This document shows positions 13,508 through 25,883 of a DNA stretch of 64,000 nt, piece by piece (positions within the stretch are counted from its first letter, which is position 1; every line of letters starts with the position of its first letter). Made by a program: the position numbers and the translations under genes. This DNA is from Octopus bimaculoides. Lineage: Eukaryota. A model generated the notes under the pieces. That model was not told where the DNA came from. It saw nothing but the letters and a program-made list of their open reading frames with translations, and did no database searches. The stretch covers positions 14,381,384-14,445,383 of the forward strand of contig NC_069004.1 of NCBI RefSeq assembly GCF_001194135.2, written 5' to 3'.

Positions 13508-14189
13508 GTCTGTGTACGTTCAATATTGTTTTTTATATTTGTGCAAATTTGTGTTCTTACGTAAACATTTACATGTATTTTTGTATATGTATTTCTGCTT
13601 TGGTGTATGTGATTGTATATGTACAATATTGGGTTCAAACTCTGGCACAGGACCAGCAAGTTTGGGGGAGGTGGTAAGTCAATTACATCGACCCCAAAAA
13701 CGATGAGACGCAAAGTCAACTTCGGCGAAATTTGAACTCAGAATATAAAGAGAGACAAAATGTCACTGAGCATTTTGGCCAAAATGCCAACAATTCTGCC
13801 CATTCAACACCCTGCATGTGTATAATATTATCTGTAATTTTGATAGCTGTCTGCTTGAAAGTTTACATCATGTATCCATGTCAATTCTATATTCTGCCTC
13901 CCGTTAATACAAGCCTTATTTAATACACATTTTCAATATTTCCAGTAGTCACCTTTAGTTGCAATTTTGACCATTAAACCATTGTGTGTGTGCATACAAA
14001 TGTGTGTGTGTGTGTTTCTGTGTGTATGTGCGTGTGTGTGTGTGAGTGTATAAATGCATGCATGTTCTTGAGTGAAGTTTTGTATGCATGTGTATGTTGT
14101 GTGTGTGTATGTGTTGTTGTATTTGTATGCACACTTGTGAGTTTGTGTTTTACTTAGACATATATAAGCATATATACTTACAGACACAC

Positions 14190-14576
14190 ATGTATGTGGA
14201 TGCATACATGTGTATCTGTATGTGTATGTTTATAACATGTATGTGTATGCCATGTGAATATATGAATGTGTATATGCAAATTTATGTCTTTATATATATA
14301 TGTAGATATGTGTGTGTGGTGTGTGTGTGTGTGTGTGTGTGTGTGAGTGGGTACATATGATTTTTCTTTCTTTTCTTCTTTCCTTCTTGCCATACATTGT
14401 AAATTAGCTCTCCCTCAAACTTAGTTGTCAATGAGATATAGGTGAAACAGGATGTTTTTGTCAGACAAACAGTTATGGATTTGAGAGTTTTATTCTCAGA
14501 ATTATCTTTGAACACTTTATTCTAAGTAGCCAGGAAAAAGCTTCTTTTTGAAGTTGTCACTCCCTGGAATATATAT

Positions 14577-14615
<39 letters not shown>

Positions 14616-14870
14616 GAACAAATAGTGAAGGATTATCAATCTGGGCAAAATACTTCATAAGCTCTCTGTTGGCACACCAGGCTAACAATATTACTTAGAT
14701 TAAGTGAAGAACTTCAGTTAATCCTGTGGTAGCATCCACGTTTATGGTTCATTACAATTTTATATTATAAATCCATGGATTTAAACACAATATAACCAGA
14801 AATGGCTCTGATGACAAAAGTAGCATTAATTTTCTTAACTCATTCAATTTTCCTCAACTGAGTAAACTTA
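14190..14870. repeat. Left arm of a local inverted duplication (partner 16470-17410)
   Basis: 14360-14570 is the reverse complement of 17035-17255, 14610-14870 of 16470-16750, and 14190-14295 of 17300-17410. Confidence 0.9.
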
Positions 14871-14989
14871 TCAGTAATGCACCTATAATGACTAGTGGAA
14901 ACAGCTGTAAGCCAAATTTGCTCTAATAAAGGAAAAATATGTAATGACCATCATTTTTAACTTGTTTCTTATACATAAATATATACATA

Positions 14990-15290
14990 CAGTGTACCCC
15001 CTCTTATTCACAGTTCAGTATTTGCGATATCACTTATTCGCAGAACTAATAATTGTTTGCAAAAACCATAGCACATTTGCGGAATCGTAAATATTGCCCA
15101 CGATTTTTCATGGCTTTTTCGTGGCAATATACATTTTCTCACACTTTTTAAGGCTAAATTATTAATAACAATATACTCTATTTGCCGGCTCACTAGACGC
15201 CCCTTCTCAGTTGACGTTCCCTCTGATTAGAATAGGTGTGCATCACGTCGCTTGGTTGTTTTAGATACAAGTACACTGTATCTTGTATCT
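14990..15290 (+). mobile_element. Left end of a Tigger/pogo-like DNA transposon
   Basis: TA|CAGTGTACCCCTCTTATTCAC terminus typical of Tigger-like elements; no matching right end was identified. Confidence 0.45.
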
Positions 15291-15414
15291 CTTATTCCTG
15301 CTTTCAATCAAGGCTTGCTAATTAGTATAGCGACATCTATACACACATACACACTCTCTCTCTCCCTCTCTAACTGTATTTGTCTCTCAACAACAAGCTC
15401 TCATTGTAGTGAGA

Positions 15415-15460
<46 letters not shown>

Positions 15461-15743
15461 NNNNNNNNNNNNNNNNNNNNNNNNNNNNNNNNNNNNNNNN
15501 NNNNNNNNNNNNNNNNNNNNNNNNNNNNNNNNNNNNNNNNNNNNNNNNNNNNNNNNNNNNNNNNNNNNNNNNNNNNNNNNNNNNNNNNNNNNNNNNNNNN
15601 NNNNNNNNNNNNNNNNNNNNNNNNNNNNNNNNNNNNNNNNNNNNNNNNNNNNNNNNNNNNNNNNNNNNNNNNNNNNNNNNNNNNNNNNNNNNNNNNNNNN
15701 NNNNNNNNNNNNNNNNNNNNNNNNNNNNNNNNNNNNTATATAT

Positions 15744-16090
15744 CGTTACCAGCATTGCCTTCTAGCACTTGTGCTGGTGGCATGTTAGAAAATCATTCGA
15801 GCGAGGTCGTTGCCAGTGCCCCTGGACTGGCTCCCGTGCAGGTGGCATGTAAAAAACACCTTTTTGAGCATGGCCATTGCCAGTACCGTGTGACTGGCCC
15901 TCGTGCTGGTGGCACGTAATAGCACCCACTACACTCTTGGAGTGGTTGGCGTTAGGAAGGGCATCCAGCTGTAGAAACTCTGCCAGATCAGATTGGAGCC
16001 TGGTGCAGCCTTCTGGCTTGCCAGTCCTCAGTCAAATCGTCCAGCCCATGCTAGCATTGAAAGCAGACGTTAAACGATGATGATGATGAT
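15744..16090 (+). mobile_element. 5'-truncated RTE 3'-UTR copy (family E) with ~65-bp tandem units and (GAT)n tail
   Basis: Units ggtggcacgtaaa..gccagt..actggc, then ggttggcgttaggaagggcatccagctgtagaaac..gacgttaaacgatgatgat. The same sequence follows the RTE RT ORF at 28656. Confidence 0.85.
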
Positions 16091-16182
16091 ATATATATAT
16101 ACAGTGTATCGCACAAGTATCACTTGGGCTAGTGATGACAAATCAAAGATATATACAACACAAGACTGTTGATTTTGAGTCT

Positions 16183-16363
16183 AGGACATTTACCTCCCAT
16201 GGACAATAACCCCCACAAGGACAATTACCCCTGAGGACAACAGAGGATGATTTAAAACTTCTTAATATATTGGAGAGGGGGTAATTAACCAAGGCGGGGT
16301 GATTGTCCTAGGGGCTAGTTGTGATCAGGGGGGGATTGTCCTGGCGGTGGGGGTAATTGTCCT
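16183..16363. mobile_element. Small foldback-type MITE with internally repeated TIRs
   Basis: Three ggacaattacc-like repeats on the left and inverted ggtaattgtcc-like repeats on the right. Confidence 0.55.
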
Positions 16364-16469
16364 GATACAGTCAATTTTATACTAGTGCTTTTTTTAAAAT
16401 CATCGCTACATTTGATCATACACAATGTTTATTTCAACAGGATAATTTTTAAGGTCATGAGCCAATATA

Positions 16470-17258
16470 GTTTACTCAATTGGTCTATTGATCAATTGGA
16501 GAAAATTGAATGACCTTAGAAAATTAATGTTACTTTCATCATCAGAACCATTTCTGGTTATATTGTGTTTAAATCCATGGATTTATAATATAGAATTGTA
16601 ATGAACCATAAACTTGGACGCTACCGCAGGATTAAATGAATTTCTTCACTTAATCTAAGTAATATTGTTAGCCTGGTGTGCCAACAGAGAGCTTATGAAT
16701 TATTTTGCCCAGATTGATAACCCCTCACTATTTGTTCTATATATGTATGTGTGTATATATATATNNNNNNNNNNNNNNNNNNNNNNNNNNNNNNNNNNNN
16801 NNNNNNNNNNNNNNNNNNNNNNNNNNNNNNNNNNNNNNNNNNNNNNNNNNNNNNNNNNNNNNNNNNNNNNNNNNNNNNNNNNNNNNNNNNNNNNNNNNNN
16901 NNNNNNNNNNNNNNNNNNNNNNNNNNNNNNNNNNNNNNNNNNNNNNNNNNNNNNNNNNNNNNNNNNNNNNNNNNNNNNNNNNNNNNNNNNNNNNNNNNNN
17001 NNNNNNNNNNNNNNNNNNNNNNNNNNNNNNNNNTTCCAGGGAGTGACAACTTCAAAAGAAGCCTTTCCTGGCTACTTAGAATAAAATGTTCGAAGATAAT
17101 TCTGAGAGTGAATAAAACTCTGAAATCCATAACTGTTCGTCTGACAAAAACATCCTGTTTCACTTTAGCTCATCGACAACTAAGAAACAAGTTTGAGGGA
17201 GAGCTAATTTACAATGTATGGCAAGAAGGACAAAAGAAAAGAAAGAAAAATCATATGT

Positions 17259-17307
<49 letters not shown>

Positions 17308-17410
17308 AAGACATGAATGTACATATACACATTTATATATTCACATGGTATATACACACATATTAGAAACACACACATACAGACACATGTATGCAACCAC
17401 ATGCACATAA
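16470..17410. repeat. Right arm of a local inverted duplication (contains gap 16765-17034)
   Basis: Reverse complement of 14190-14870; see that feature. Confidence 0.9.
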
Positions 17411-17460
17411 ACACAGATAAATAAATACATAGATACATAAATATATATATATATATATAT

Positions 17461-17633
17461 ATCATCATCATCATCGTTTAACGTCCGCCTTCCATGCTAG
17501 CATGGGTTGGACGATTTGACTGAGGAGTGGCGAACCAGAAGGCTGCACCAGGCTCCAATCTGATCTGGCAATGTTTCTACAGTTGGATGCCCTTCCTAAT
17601 GCCAACCACTCCGAGAGTGTAGTGGGTTCTTTT
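17461..17633 (-). mobile_element. RTE 3'-end copy (family E)
   Basis: (CAT)n followed by cgtttaacgtccgc..gcccttcctaatgccaaccactc. Confidence 0.85.
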
Positions 17634-17664
<31 letters not shown>

Positions 17665-17985
17665 TATACAGAGGGTGTTCCTAAATTAACTTTGCAACTT
17701 CCACAATTCATTGTATTGCATCATCTAGGTGTGTTGTACATAACCAATGGAGCCCACATGGAAGTGATGTGATGTTTCTAATAAAACTTAATTTCTTTGC
17801 CTGTTTTCCAATAAACTCTGCTAAGATATCCATATTTTTAATTCCTGCTCAATCTCCCATTGGTGATATGCACATATTAGAAGAAAGGAAGGTTTTGTAG
17901 GTTTTTTGGGGAAAAACTGTGTCCAGTAGCTATCTCGAGTATTTTTTTGAGTGTTGTGTATTTCACAGTGTGTTACTAAAGCCCT

Positions 17986-18374
17986 GGTGGAGGCACAATG
18001 GCCCTGTGGTTAGGGCAGCGGACTTGCGGTCATAGGATCGTGGTTTCGATTCCCAGACCGGGCATTGTGAATGTTTATTGAGCGAAAACATCTAAAGCTC
18101 CATGAGGCTCCGGCAGGAGATGGTGGCGAACCCTGCTGTACTCTTCCACCACAACTTTCTCTCACTCTTACTTCCTGCTTCTGTTGTGCCTGTAATTCAA
18201 AGGGTCAGCCTTGTCACACTGTGTCACGCTGAATATCCCCAAGAACTACGTTAAGGGTACACGTGTCTGTGGAGTGCTCAGCCACTTGCACATTAATTTC
18301 AAGAGCAGGCTGTTCCGTTGATCGGATCAACTGGAACCCTCGACGTCGTAAGCGACGGAGTGCCAACAACAACA
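17986..18374 (+). mobile_element. Full-length tRNA-derived SINE (family D) with an 11-bp TSD
   Basis: A box tggccctgtgg, B box ggtttcgattcc and (AAC)n tail. TSD actaaagccct at 17975-17985 and 18375-18385. Inserted just upstream of a Tigger ORF. Confidence 0.9.
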
Positions 18375-18388
18375 ACTAAAGCCCTAAG

Positions 18389-18673
18389 ATGCTGCCCAAA
18401 TTCCCTACACCTTCTAAGGCTTCTGGCAGTGAACCAAAGTGCCAGAAAAAGGTTATGATGCTCCATGAGAATGCACAACTGCTGGATATGTTCCAGGGAG
18501 GTAAAAGTTATGCTACAGTAGGTCACTATTATGTTGTCAATGAAAGTACCATATGCTACATAACGAAGAATGAGGCAGCGGTCAAGACTACCACAGCAGT
18601 AAGTTTCTGTGAAAGGGCCAAAAAGATAATGATAGTGAGAAACAAGCAGTTTGTCAGAATGGAATCTACCTGA
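18389..18673 (+). mobile_element. Tigger/pogo transposase N-terminal fragment (CENP-B-type HTH)
   Basis: MLPKFPTPSKASGSEPKCQKKVMMLHENAQLLDMFQGGKSYATVGHYYVVNESTICYITKNE matches the Tigger HTH_psq pattern; truncated. Confidence 0.8.
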
Positions 18674-19095
18674 ATTGTTATCTATAATCGTAAAAATTAA
18701 AAATGATTCAAATTCAATGTTTTCTTGAAGCAATAAATTTCTATAAAGATTGGGATTTAAATTCCAATCTATGAAAAGTTTTCATTCTACAATATTCTTA
18801 AAGGAATGAAAAATTATCCAGCAACTCGGGCTAATACGAACGAGCCTGGTAGGTGTAAAAGACTAACTGGCATCTCTTGTCAAAAATACAGGTGACAGTC
18901 AGATCACTGATGTTTGTTGTACACTCTGTTGTTGTTATTGGATTGCTGTTATTCTGTGCAAAGATCAGTTGTGTTTTGCAGGGTTGCTTTATTTTTACCC
19001 TTAACTTAGAAATAGAGAAAAACATAGTGCTAGATATAGAAGATAAGCCATTTGGGGCTAGAAAAAAAATGTGGAAAAGTGTGAAATTCTTTGAG

Positions 19096-19270
19096 CATGT
19101 AAAAGCACCTACTACACTCTGAGTGGTTGACGTTAGGAAGGGCATCCAGCTGTAGAAACTCTGCCAGATCAGATTGGAACCTGGTGCAGCCATCTGGTTC
19201 GCCAGTCCTCAGTCAAACCATCCAGTCCATGCCAGCATGGAAAGTGGACATTAAACGATGATGATGATGA
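19096..19270 (+). mobile_element. RTE 3'-end copy (family E)
   Basis: gtaaaagcacctactacactctgagtggttgacgttaggaagggcatcc...(GAT)n. Confidence 0.85.
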
Positions 19271-19540
19271 TTTCATATATATATATATACAAATATATAT
19301 ATGCATAATCTATATTATATATAAGTATATAAATATATACATAAAGATAAATGTATCCATCAGTGCGTACACACCTACACGTGCACACACACACATATAC
19401 ACACATACATGCGCACACACATACATAAATAGGTATATATATATATTAGATATTTCATATGTATACAAATATATATATGCATAATGTATATTATGTATAA
19501 ATATATAAATATATCCATAAACATAAATGTATCCATCCAG

Positions 19541-19575
<35 letters not shown>

Positions 19576-20154
19576 CTCCCCCTCTCTCTCACACACATTT
19601 TGCTTGTACATCTACAAACTGAATCCGATCATTTATGTTTGTTACTTTCTTCTGTTCTTGTTGTTGCTGTTGTTGTTGTAGTTAATCTATGTTGACTGTT
19701 TCACCACTCCCTCTCTCTCTCTCTCTCCTTCCCTCCCTCCCTCCCTCCCTCTCTTCTTCCCTCCTTCCTTATAAAAGCATAAAACACACAACACAAAACA
19801 AAACTCCGCAAAGCTGTTTAACAAAATACATAAAAATCCAAAGCCACCTTTAATGTGGCAGTTTCATTACGCTTGATGATGTCTGACAACAGCGAAAATT
19901 CTTCATTTTTCATGAGGCAGCGATGAAGCTGTGTCAGGAGAGAAGTCTTACAATGTATGGAATAATATCATTTTATTTAGTCCATTAAAAATGCTGGTAT
20001 CAGTCGGAACATGGCGGAGAAGCTGGGATGTTGATGGCAATGATGATGATGACGGGGTGAGGAGAAATATAGGAGAGCAAAACAAGATAAGGTCTGATTG
20101 TAAACATTACTAACCTACTTGCTTGATGCGCACGTCTAGGGTGTAATTGTATAA

Positions 20155-20161
20155 TATTGTG

Positions 20162-20206
<45 letters not shown>

Positions 20207-20460
20207 TTTATCATCATCATTGTTGTCACTGTTGTCGTCGTCGTCATCATCATCATCATTGCTATAATCATCGTCATTGTTGTCATCCTTATTATCATCA
20301 TCATCATCATCATCATTAACAATCATCGATCATTGTCATCATCTTTGTAATTTCATCCGGATCATCATTGACATTGTTGCCAAGAACACCACCACCAACA
20401 ACATTACCATCATATGTTGTCATTATCATCATCATCATCATCATCATTATCATCGTCATC
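20155..20460. repeat. Degenerate (CAT)n trinucleotide low-complexity tract
   Basis: Visible CAT/CGT/TAT repeats; source of the poly-D, poly-I and poly-M ORFs. Confidence 0.95.
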
Positions 20461-21184
20461 TATTTGATATCCATTTCTCTGTTTTTTTCTTTTCTGACAT
20501 GGATATTGCAGATGTTTGCATGCCACAGTGTCTCACCATTTGCTGCCACCCATCATAATCATCATGATCGTGAAGTTAACCGTACTGAGATCACACTTCA
20601 TTACTTTTATGTATGGCCTTCTCCTACCTAACTCTTTCTCACTCCCCCTCTCTCTCTCTCTCTCCCTCTCCCCACCTCTCACTCCCTCTCTCTCTCCCTC
20701 TCCCCACCTCTCACTCTCTCTCTCAGTTGCCTCTTCTTCACAACAACTGATTCCTCGGATACCCACTTTATTTCTTTCAGATCATTAGGGCTCAGTACAA
20801 ACATGGTGACATTACACAACCAGTGGAGTGTTCTGGCCACATTTCTTTCCAAGTCCTACTCATCTTTCAAAATCAGTACTCGTGCCTTGCTACCATGCAA
20901 CAGTGCACATTGTTCACAAGCATAATATATCTGTACACTCCAGTGTCTACCTTGGTGGGATGTATAGTGATTTGCTTGTTTGCATGCAATAAGCAGTTAT
21001 CTTTCTCTCTGTCTTCATATGTATGTATGTATTATGCATGCATGCATGCATGTATGTATGTATATATGTAAATATAAAAAAGTCTTTAGAAAGAATTCTC
21101 AATACAGTTACAATATTTGAAGAAAGATATTTTAGATCAATAATCATTAATAATTATTAATTTGTCCTAACATCATATGATGAT

Positions 21185-21320
21185 TGGAAATGAGCAATGT
21201 AGGTGGCAGAGTTAACTCTAAGGCCTTGTGGAAAGAAGTAAGGAGGCATCACATGTCCTTCATTGCTGACAACCCCTAAAACCATGACAGTTGCAGGAAA
21301 TTTTGTATGCAAAACACTTG
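21185..21320 (-). mobile_element. IS630-Tc1-mariner transposase fragment (maT/DD37D-like)
   Basis: Reads HTKFPATVMVLGVVSNEGHVMPPYFFPQGLRVNSATYI. Confidence 0.75.
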
Positions 21321-21378
21321 GAACTTCAGAATATATTAGGTATATATTAAGCATAAAGTTTATATCCAGACCCATATC

Positions 21379-21780
21379 CAGTTAAAAGAAGAAAAGAAAA
21401 TGGAGATAAGGAAGTTAACAATTATTTGTTATTAGCAAATTGGTCATCTTCGCTTCTTACAACCGTTTCAATTAATACTCAATAATTTAATAACAAATTG
21501 TACATTAAACTTTCATTTATGTGACATGAGCATAATTTCATCAGAGAAAAAAAGTCTGCTGAAATGAATTGATAGGTCCACATATAACATCCCAAGATAC
21601 ATCTTTTTTTTTTCCCTCTGATGAAATTATGTTCATGTCACATAAATACAAATTTAATGTACAAATTTGTAATTAAATTATTGAGTATTGAAATGGCTGT
21701 AAGAAGCGAAGACGACCAATTTGTTAATAAAAAATAATCGTTAACTTCCTTATCTCCATTATCTTTCTTTCTTTTAACTG
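21379..21780. mobile_element. MITE with ~175-bp TIRs (Tc1/mariner-like CAGT termini)
   Basis: 21379-21553 is the reverse complement of 21604-21780. Termini CAGTTAAAAG..CTTTTAACTG|TA, with a spacer of ~50 bp. Confidence 0.75.
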
Positions 21781-21839
21781 TATATATATATATATATATA
21801 TATACAAATCCATCAATCTTCTTCACTCATTATTTCTGT

Positions 21840-22520
21840 GAGGGTTGTTGGTCAGAGTTCTCAGGTACCTTCTCTACAGGTCCTACTGGAAGCAGTCATC
21901 ATTATACTTTCTGGCTGGATTCCCAAGTGTGACCAACTATGATTTTTCTTCAAGAAAAGACAACACTGGAAAGTCTTATGGTTACACCCCACTTCTCCCT
22001 AACAGTAAAAATTTGTGTGGGCAAGATCTTCCTTAGCTTAGTGGATAAACGCTTACCTTGCAAGAATAAGTTCTGTAAAACTTTAAATAGACATACCTGA
22101 GGGTTTCTTTTAGCTGTGCACCTAATGTAAAAAAAGAAAAGATATTAGTAGATAGGTCTTTAGCCAGGATGGTCATGTAAAGGTAACACTACTAGTTCTC
22201 AATCATATACGAGGCATAAGTAATGTCAAAGAAAATCAACAGACAATCAAATACGTGAGAATATACAGGCATAACAGAAGGTTCCTTCAAGTCCAGAATC
22301 AACAATCATAAGTCCTCCTTTAATATCCAGTAGAGATGCAATGTCACAGCCCTGGCTAGATATATATAGCTGCTAAGAGAAAGAGTCACAGAATACAACA
22401 TCAAATGGAAAATCTTAGAGAAGTGCAAACCTTATTTTAATTGCAGGGGAAAATGCAGACAATGTTTAGTTGAGAAAATAATTATATTTTAAAAAATGCT
22501 TGCACCTGGACATCTACCTA
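21840..22520 (+). mobile_element. Penelope-like element fragment (linker plus GIY-YIG endonuclease), decayed
   Basis: Reads GKIFLSLVDKRLPCKNKFCKTLNRHT*GFLFSCAPNV..YTGITEGSFKSRINNHKSSF..LARYI..EYNIKWKILEKCKPY..CRQCLVEK. Confidence 0.85.
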
Positions 22521-23139
22521 AACTGTAGGAATGGGATTTTTAGTCTGTGGTCACATGAGAGAAGGTATATATTATATAAGCCTCACCATGATTGTAGTCA
22601 TTAGGTTTTCCAGTATTAGCCCTCCCACCTTCACATCCTGGGAATCCAGCAAAGTCTTTAACCAAACCATACATAAATGAATGCACATGTGCATATACAC
22701 CCAAACATGGGGTTAATATTTCAATCTCCCCTTTAAAAAAAAACACTATAAATATACCAACCCTTTTCTCATACAAACCACTTAACTTCTCTCTATACAT
22801 ATTTCCCTGTCTCCTAACTCTTCCGGCTTTACATCTAGCTTGGGCGATTGGAGGTTAAGGGACATAACTCTTGGTAAATCTCTTGCTCAGTTGTCATCTG
22901 TGACTTCATTTCGTCTTTTTTGCACAGCATCTACAAACCAGGTGTGAATTTTCTCACCTCCAAAAACAGAGTGGTTGCCATATTTTTCAGACTTGCCATT
23001 TCTGAGGAGCACATACTGTTAGATAAACGCTGTGTTATCTAATACAGATTTGCTTAATACCCAGTGTGAACCTGATTGGTAAGATCAGCTGAAATGGATC
23101 TATAATGCTGTATAATTTGGATAATGTACCCACTCTATA

Positions 23140-23350
23140 AAGGCAGTGAGCTGGCAGAAATGTTAGCACACCAGACATAATGCTTAGTGGCATTTCGTCT
23201 GTCTTTATGTTCCACTGAGATCGACTTTGCCTTTCATCCTTTCAGCGTTGATAAAATAAGTACCAGTTGAGTACTGGGGTCGATGCAATCAACTTAGCAT
23301 TCCCACCCACCCCAAAAAAAAATTGCTGGCCCTGTACCAAAATTTGAAAT
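23140..23350 (+). mobile_element. tRNA-derived SINE, family A
   Basis: aaggcagtgagctggcagaaatgttagcac..gtcgactttgcctttcatcc..actggggtcgat.. Confidence 0.85.
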
Positions 23351-23989
23351 CAATGTACCTACTCTATTGGCGATTATATGAGTATCTGTTTTGTCTGATA
23401 CATACATGTATGTGTGTGTGTGTGAGTGTACACATGTATTGTGTGTGTGTGTGTGTGTGTATGTGTGTATTTATACAACCCTCTATCTATCAATCTCTGT
23501 ATCTAACTATGTATGTATGTGTAACATATATGGTGTGTTTACATTTAAAAATTCTTGCAGTAAAATCACTGACTAATCAAGTCTATGATAACAAGAGATA
23601 CAATTAATTTATTGTTTGGTAAAGAATCTCTGGTACACTGGATTTGGGAAAAAAAATTTGTTTATTTCTTTTGGCAGCAGAGAATAAAGAAATAATTGTT
23701 AACAATTGCATTTGATGTCGTACCAAGGTTAGTTTCGCTTCGAGAATGGTGTTTGTTGATTGAATTTATTTCGCAGTTATTGGTATTTTTTGACTGGTTT
23801 CAGTCTAATACCAGACCAAAGTACATTATGTGAAAAGGTATTTTGATCAGACTTCCAACATATGTGTCAATCATTCCTCCGATTTAAAATACTGATGTAT
23901 TTTAGCTGAGCATAAAATATCAATTTGTAGCAAAACAAGATTTGTCAGTTATTGAATTCATTCCCGTTTAGTGTATTGCATATGTTTAC

Positions 23990-24655
23990 CACACCACTAT
24001 TTCACTACCCATACTACATCACTGTACATTAGTGTTCACTACACCATTGTATAATAGTGTTCATTACACCACTGTACTAAAATGTTCACTACCCACACTG
24101 CACCACAATAATGTTCACTGCTCACCACACTACATCACTATATTTCAATTTTCACTTTACCATTGTATAGTAACGTTTACTATACCATTGTACTAGAATG
24201 TTTACTACCCACACTACACCATATAGTGTTCACTGCTCTCTGTTTCACTACACACCACTACCTCACTGTACTTTGATGTTCACTACACCACTGTAATAAA
24301 ACGTTCATTATCCAAACTACATTATTATAATGTTCACTGCTCATTGTTTCGCTAATCACATTACACCACTATACTACAATGTTCACTACACCATTAAACC
24401 ACACCATTGTATAATAATGTTCACTACACTACTGTACTAAATGTTCACTACCCATACTGCACTGCTGTAGTTTAATGTTCACTACACCATTGTATAATAA
24501 TGCTCACTACACTATTGTACTAAAACGTTCTCCACCTACACTAACTTACACCACTAAACTATAATGTTCACTACATATACCACTATAATGTTCACTACAC
24601 AATTGTTTGATAATGTTTACTACATCACTTTTTTACTGCCAACACTGCATTACTA
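23990..24655. repeat. Degenerate minisatellite built on aatgttcactacaccattgta
   Basis: More than 15 recurrences of (aat)gttcacta[c/t]ac at irregular spacing of roughly 20-45 bp. Confidence 0.85.
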
Positions 24656-25883
24656 TTTTAAAATATTCAGCAGACTATTTTTTCTGCAACCATTTTTGCT
24701 ATTGCTCTAAACAGAAAATATTTATTTCACATTATACGGCAATATGCTGAAGCTTAGCATGAAAATTAAATGTATTCCCTTAACTATATTCTAACGTGTA
24801 TAAGTCGACAGAGAAAAGCTGCATTGAATGCTTGTAGTATATATATATCTCTCTCTCTTTGTCTCTTTGTCCCTTTCTCTCTCTCTCTCAACTACAGTGT
24901 TTTTTTTTTTTCCTTACAAACAACAATTGCTAACTCAACTGCTTGAATATCGGCAGTCTATGCAAATACACAAGAGAGATAAGTAATCAATTATTATATG
25001 TCAACGTGAAATCAAGATCTACAAATAAAAGGTCAAGATAATTTTAGATATCTTGTCAAACTACCTGCTATTGGTGTTATTAGAGTTTGGTGTGTATCAA
25101 CAAAAACTTATTAACATAGGTCAAACTGCATATACAACTTTCTCTCTAACACTTAACAACCGATAGAATCTCTCACGTACATTTTCATTATTCTTGAGAA
25201 GTTCACATGTTATATTCCTTTTGGGATGCTTTTACAGATTAACATAACTTCGAAATAATTTGATTATTTTGATAGAGGAGCAGCCATTTTTAGGAACAAT
25301 TCTTGGTGCTTTCAAAATAGCGACGTCACTGAGTGACAGTGTGTCTTTCAAATGGACACTTTATCAGTTGTATATATTGCATTAGATAATTTGATTTCTT
25401 GACCTATGAAGCTGACCTTACTTAACCTCCTGTATTTGGTCAGTGGTAAATGTGGATGGCCAGCCAAGATTATTAAGGTATGTGTGAATACAAGCTGCAA
25501 GGTCAGTCGTTCAACCATTCTCTCGGGCTTTACATTTTTACTTGTAACCAGAACATGTAACTCTCAGTGGCTCTGTCTATGTACATGGTAAACAGGTACC
25601 ACAAAAGAGAATAATTTACTGTTACAGGTGGAAATAGTGATTAGGAATTTATGACTGCTTCTTTGGTTAAAATCACAAGCTGAAATCCTCCTTTAGTAAA
25701 ATCTACCTTTGATGGATCAGCATTTTATCCAAAGGAAGCTCTCTCTCTCTCATTTGATTCCATGTTGTACAAGCTAAATTTTGGTTTTTTTATCTTGCAA
25801 AATATTACAAAGAATGTAGTCTGTAAGGGGAACCCCATGAACTGGTTGCTACATGCTGGAACAGCTATATATACATATATATA

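Noticed and set aside
17986-18075. tRNA-like sequence
   Set aside because: This is a SINE head with a TSD, not a tRNA gene; the same applies to the other A/B-box heads.
19272-19545. Local ~180-bp tandem duplication of AT-rich sequence
   Set aside because: Low-complexity slippage product with no further structure.
20000-20350. Asp-rich and Met-rich ORFs
   Set aside because: A degenerate (GAT)n tract with frame-breaking changes upstream; the same applies to 49449-49941.
21868-22115. Strong-looking minus-strand splice sites and open frames (GAQLKRNPQ.., GEVGCNHK..)
   Set aside because: They lie antisense within a Penelope-like element whose plus-strand translation is clearly recognisable.
22995-23100. 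ctgagga and ctgattg..gaaa hammerhead-like words downstream of the Penelope fragment
   Set aside because: No convincing stems I and II.
23678-23727. Plus-strand AG..GT segment ending ATG TCG TAC CAA G
   Set aside because: It could hold a start codon, but no compatible downstream exon was found; too short to support.
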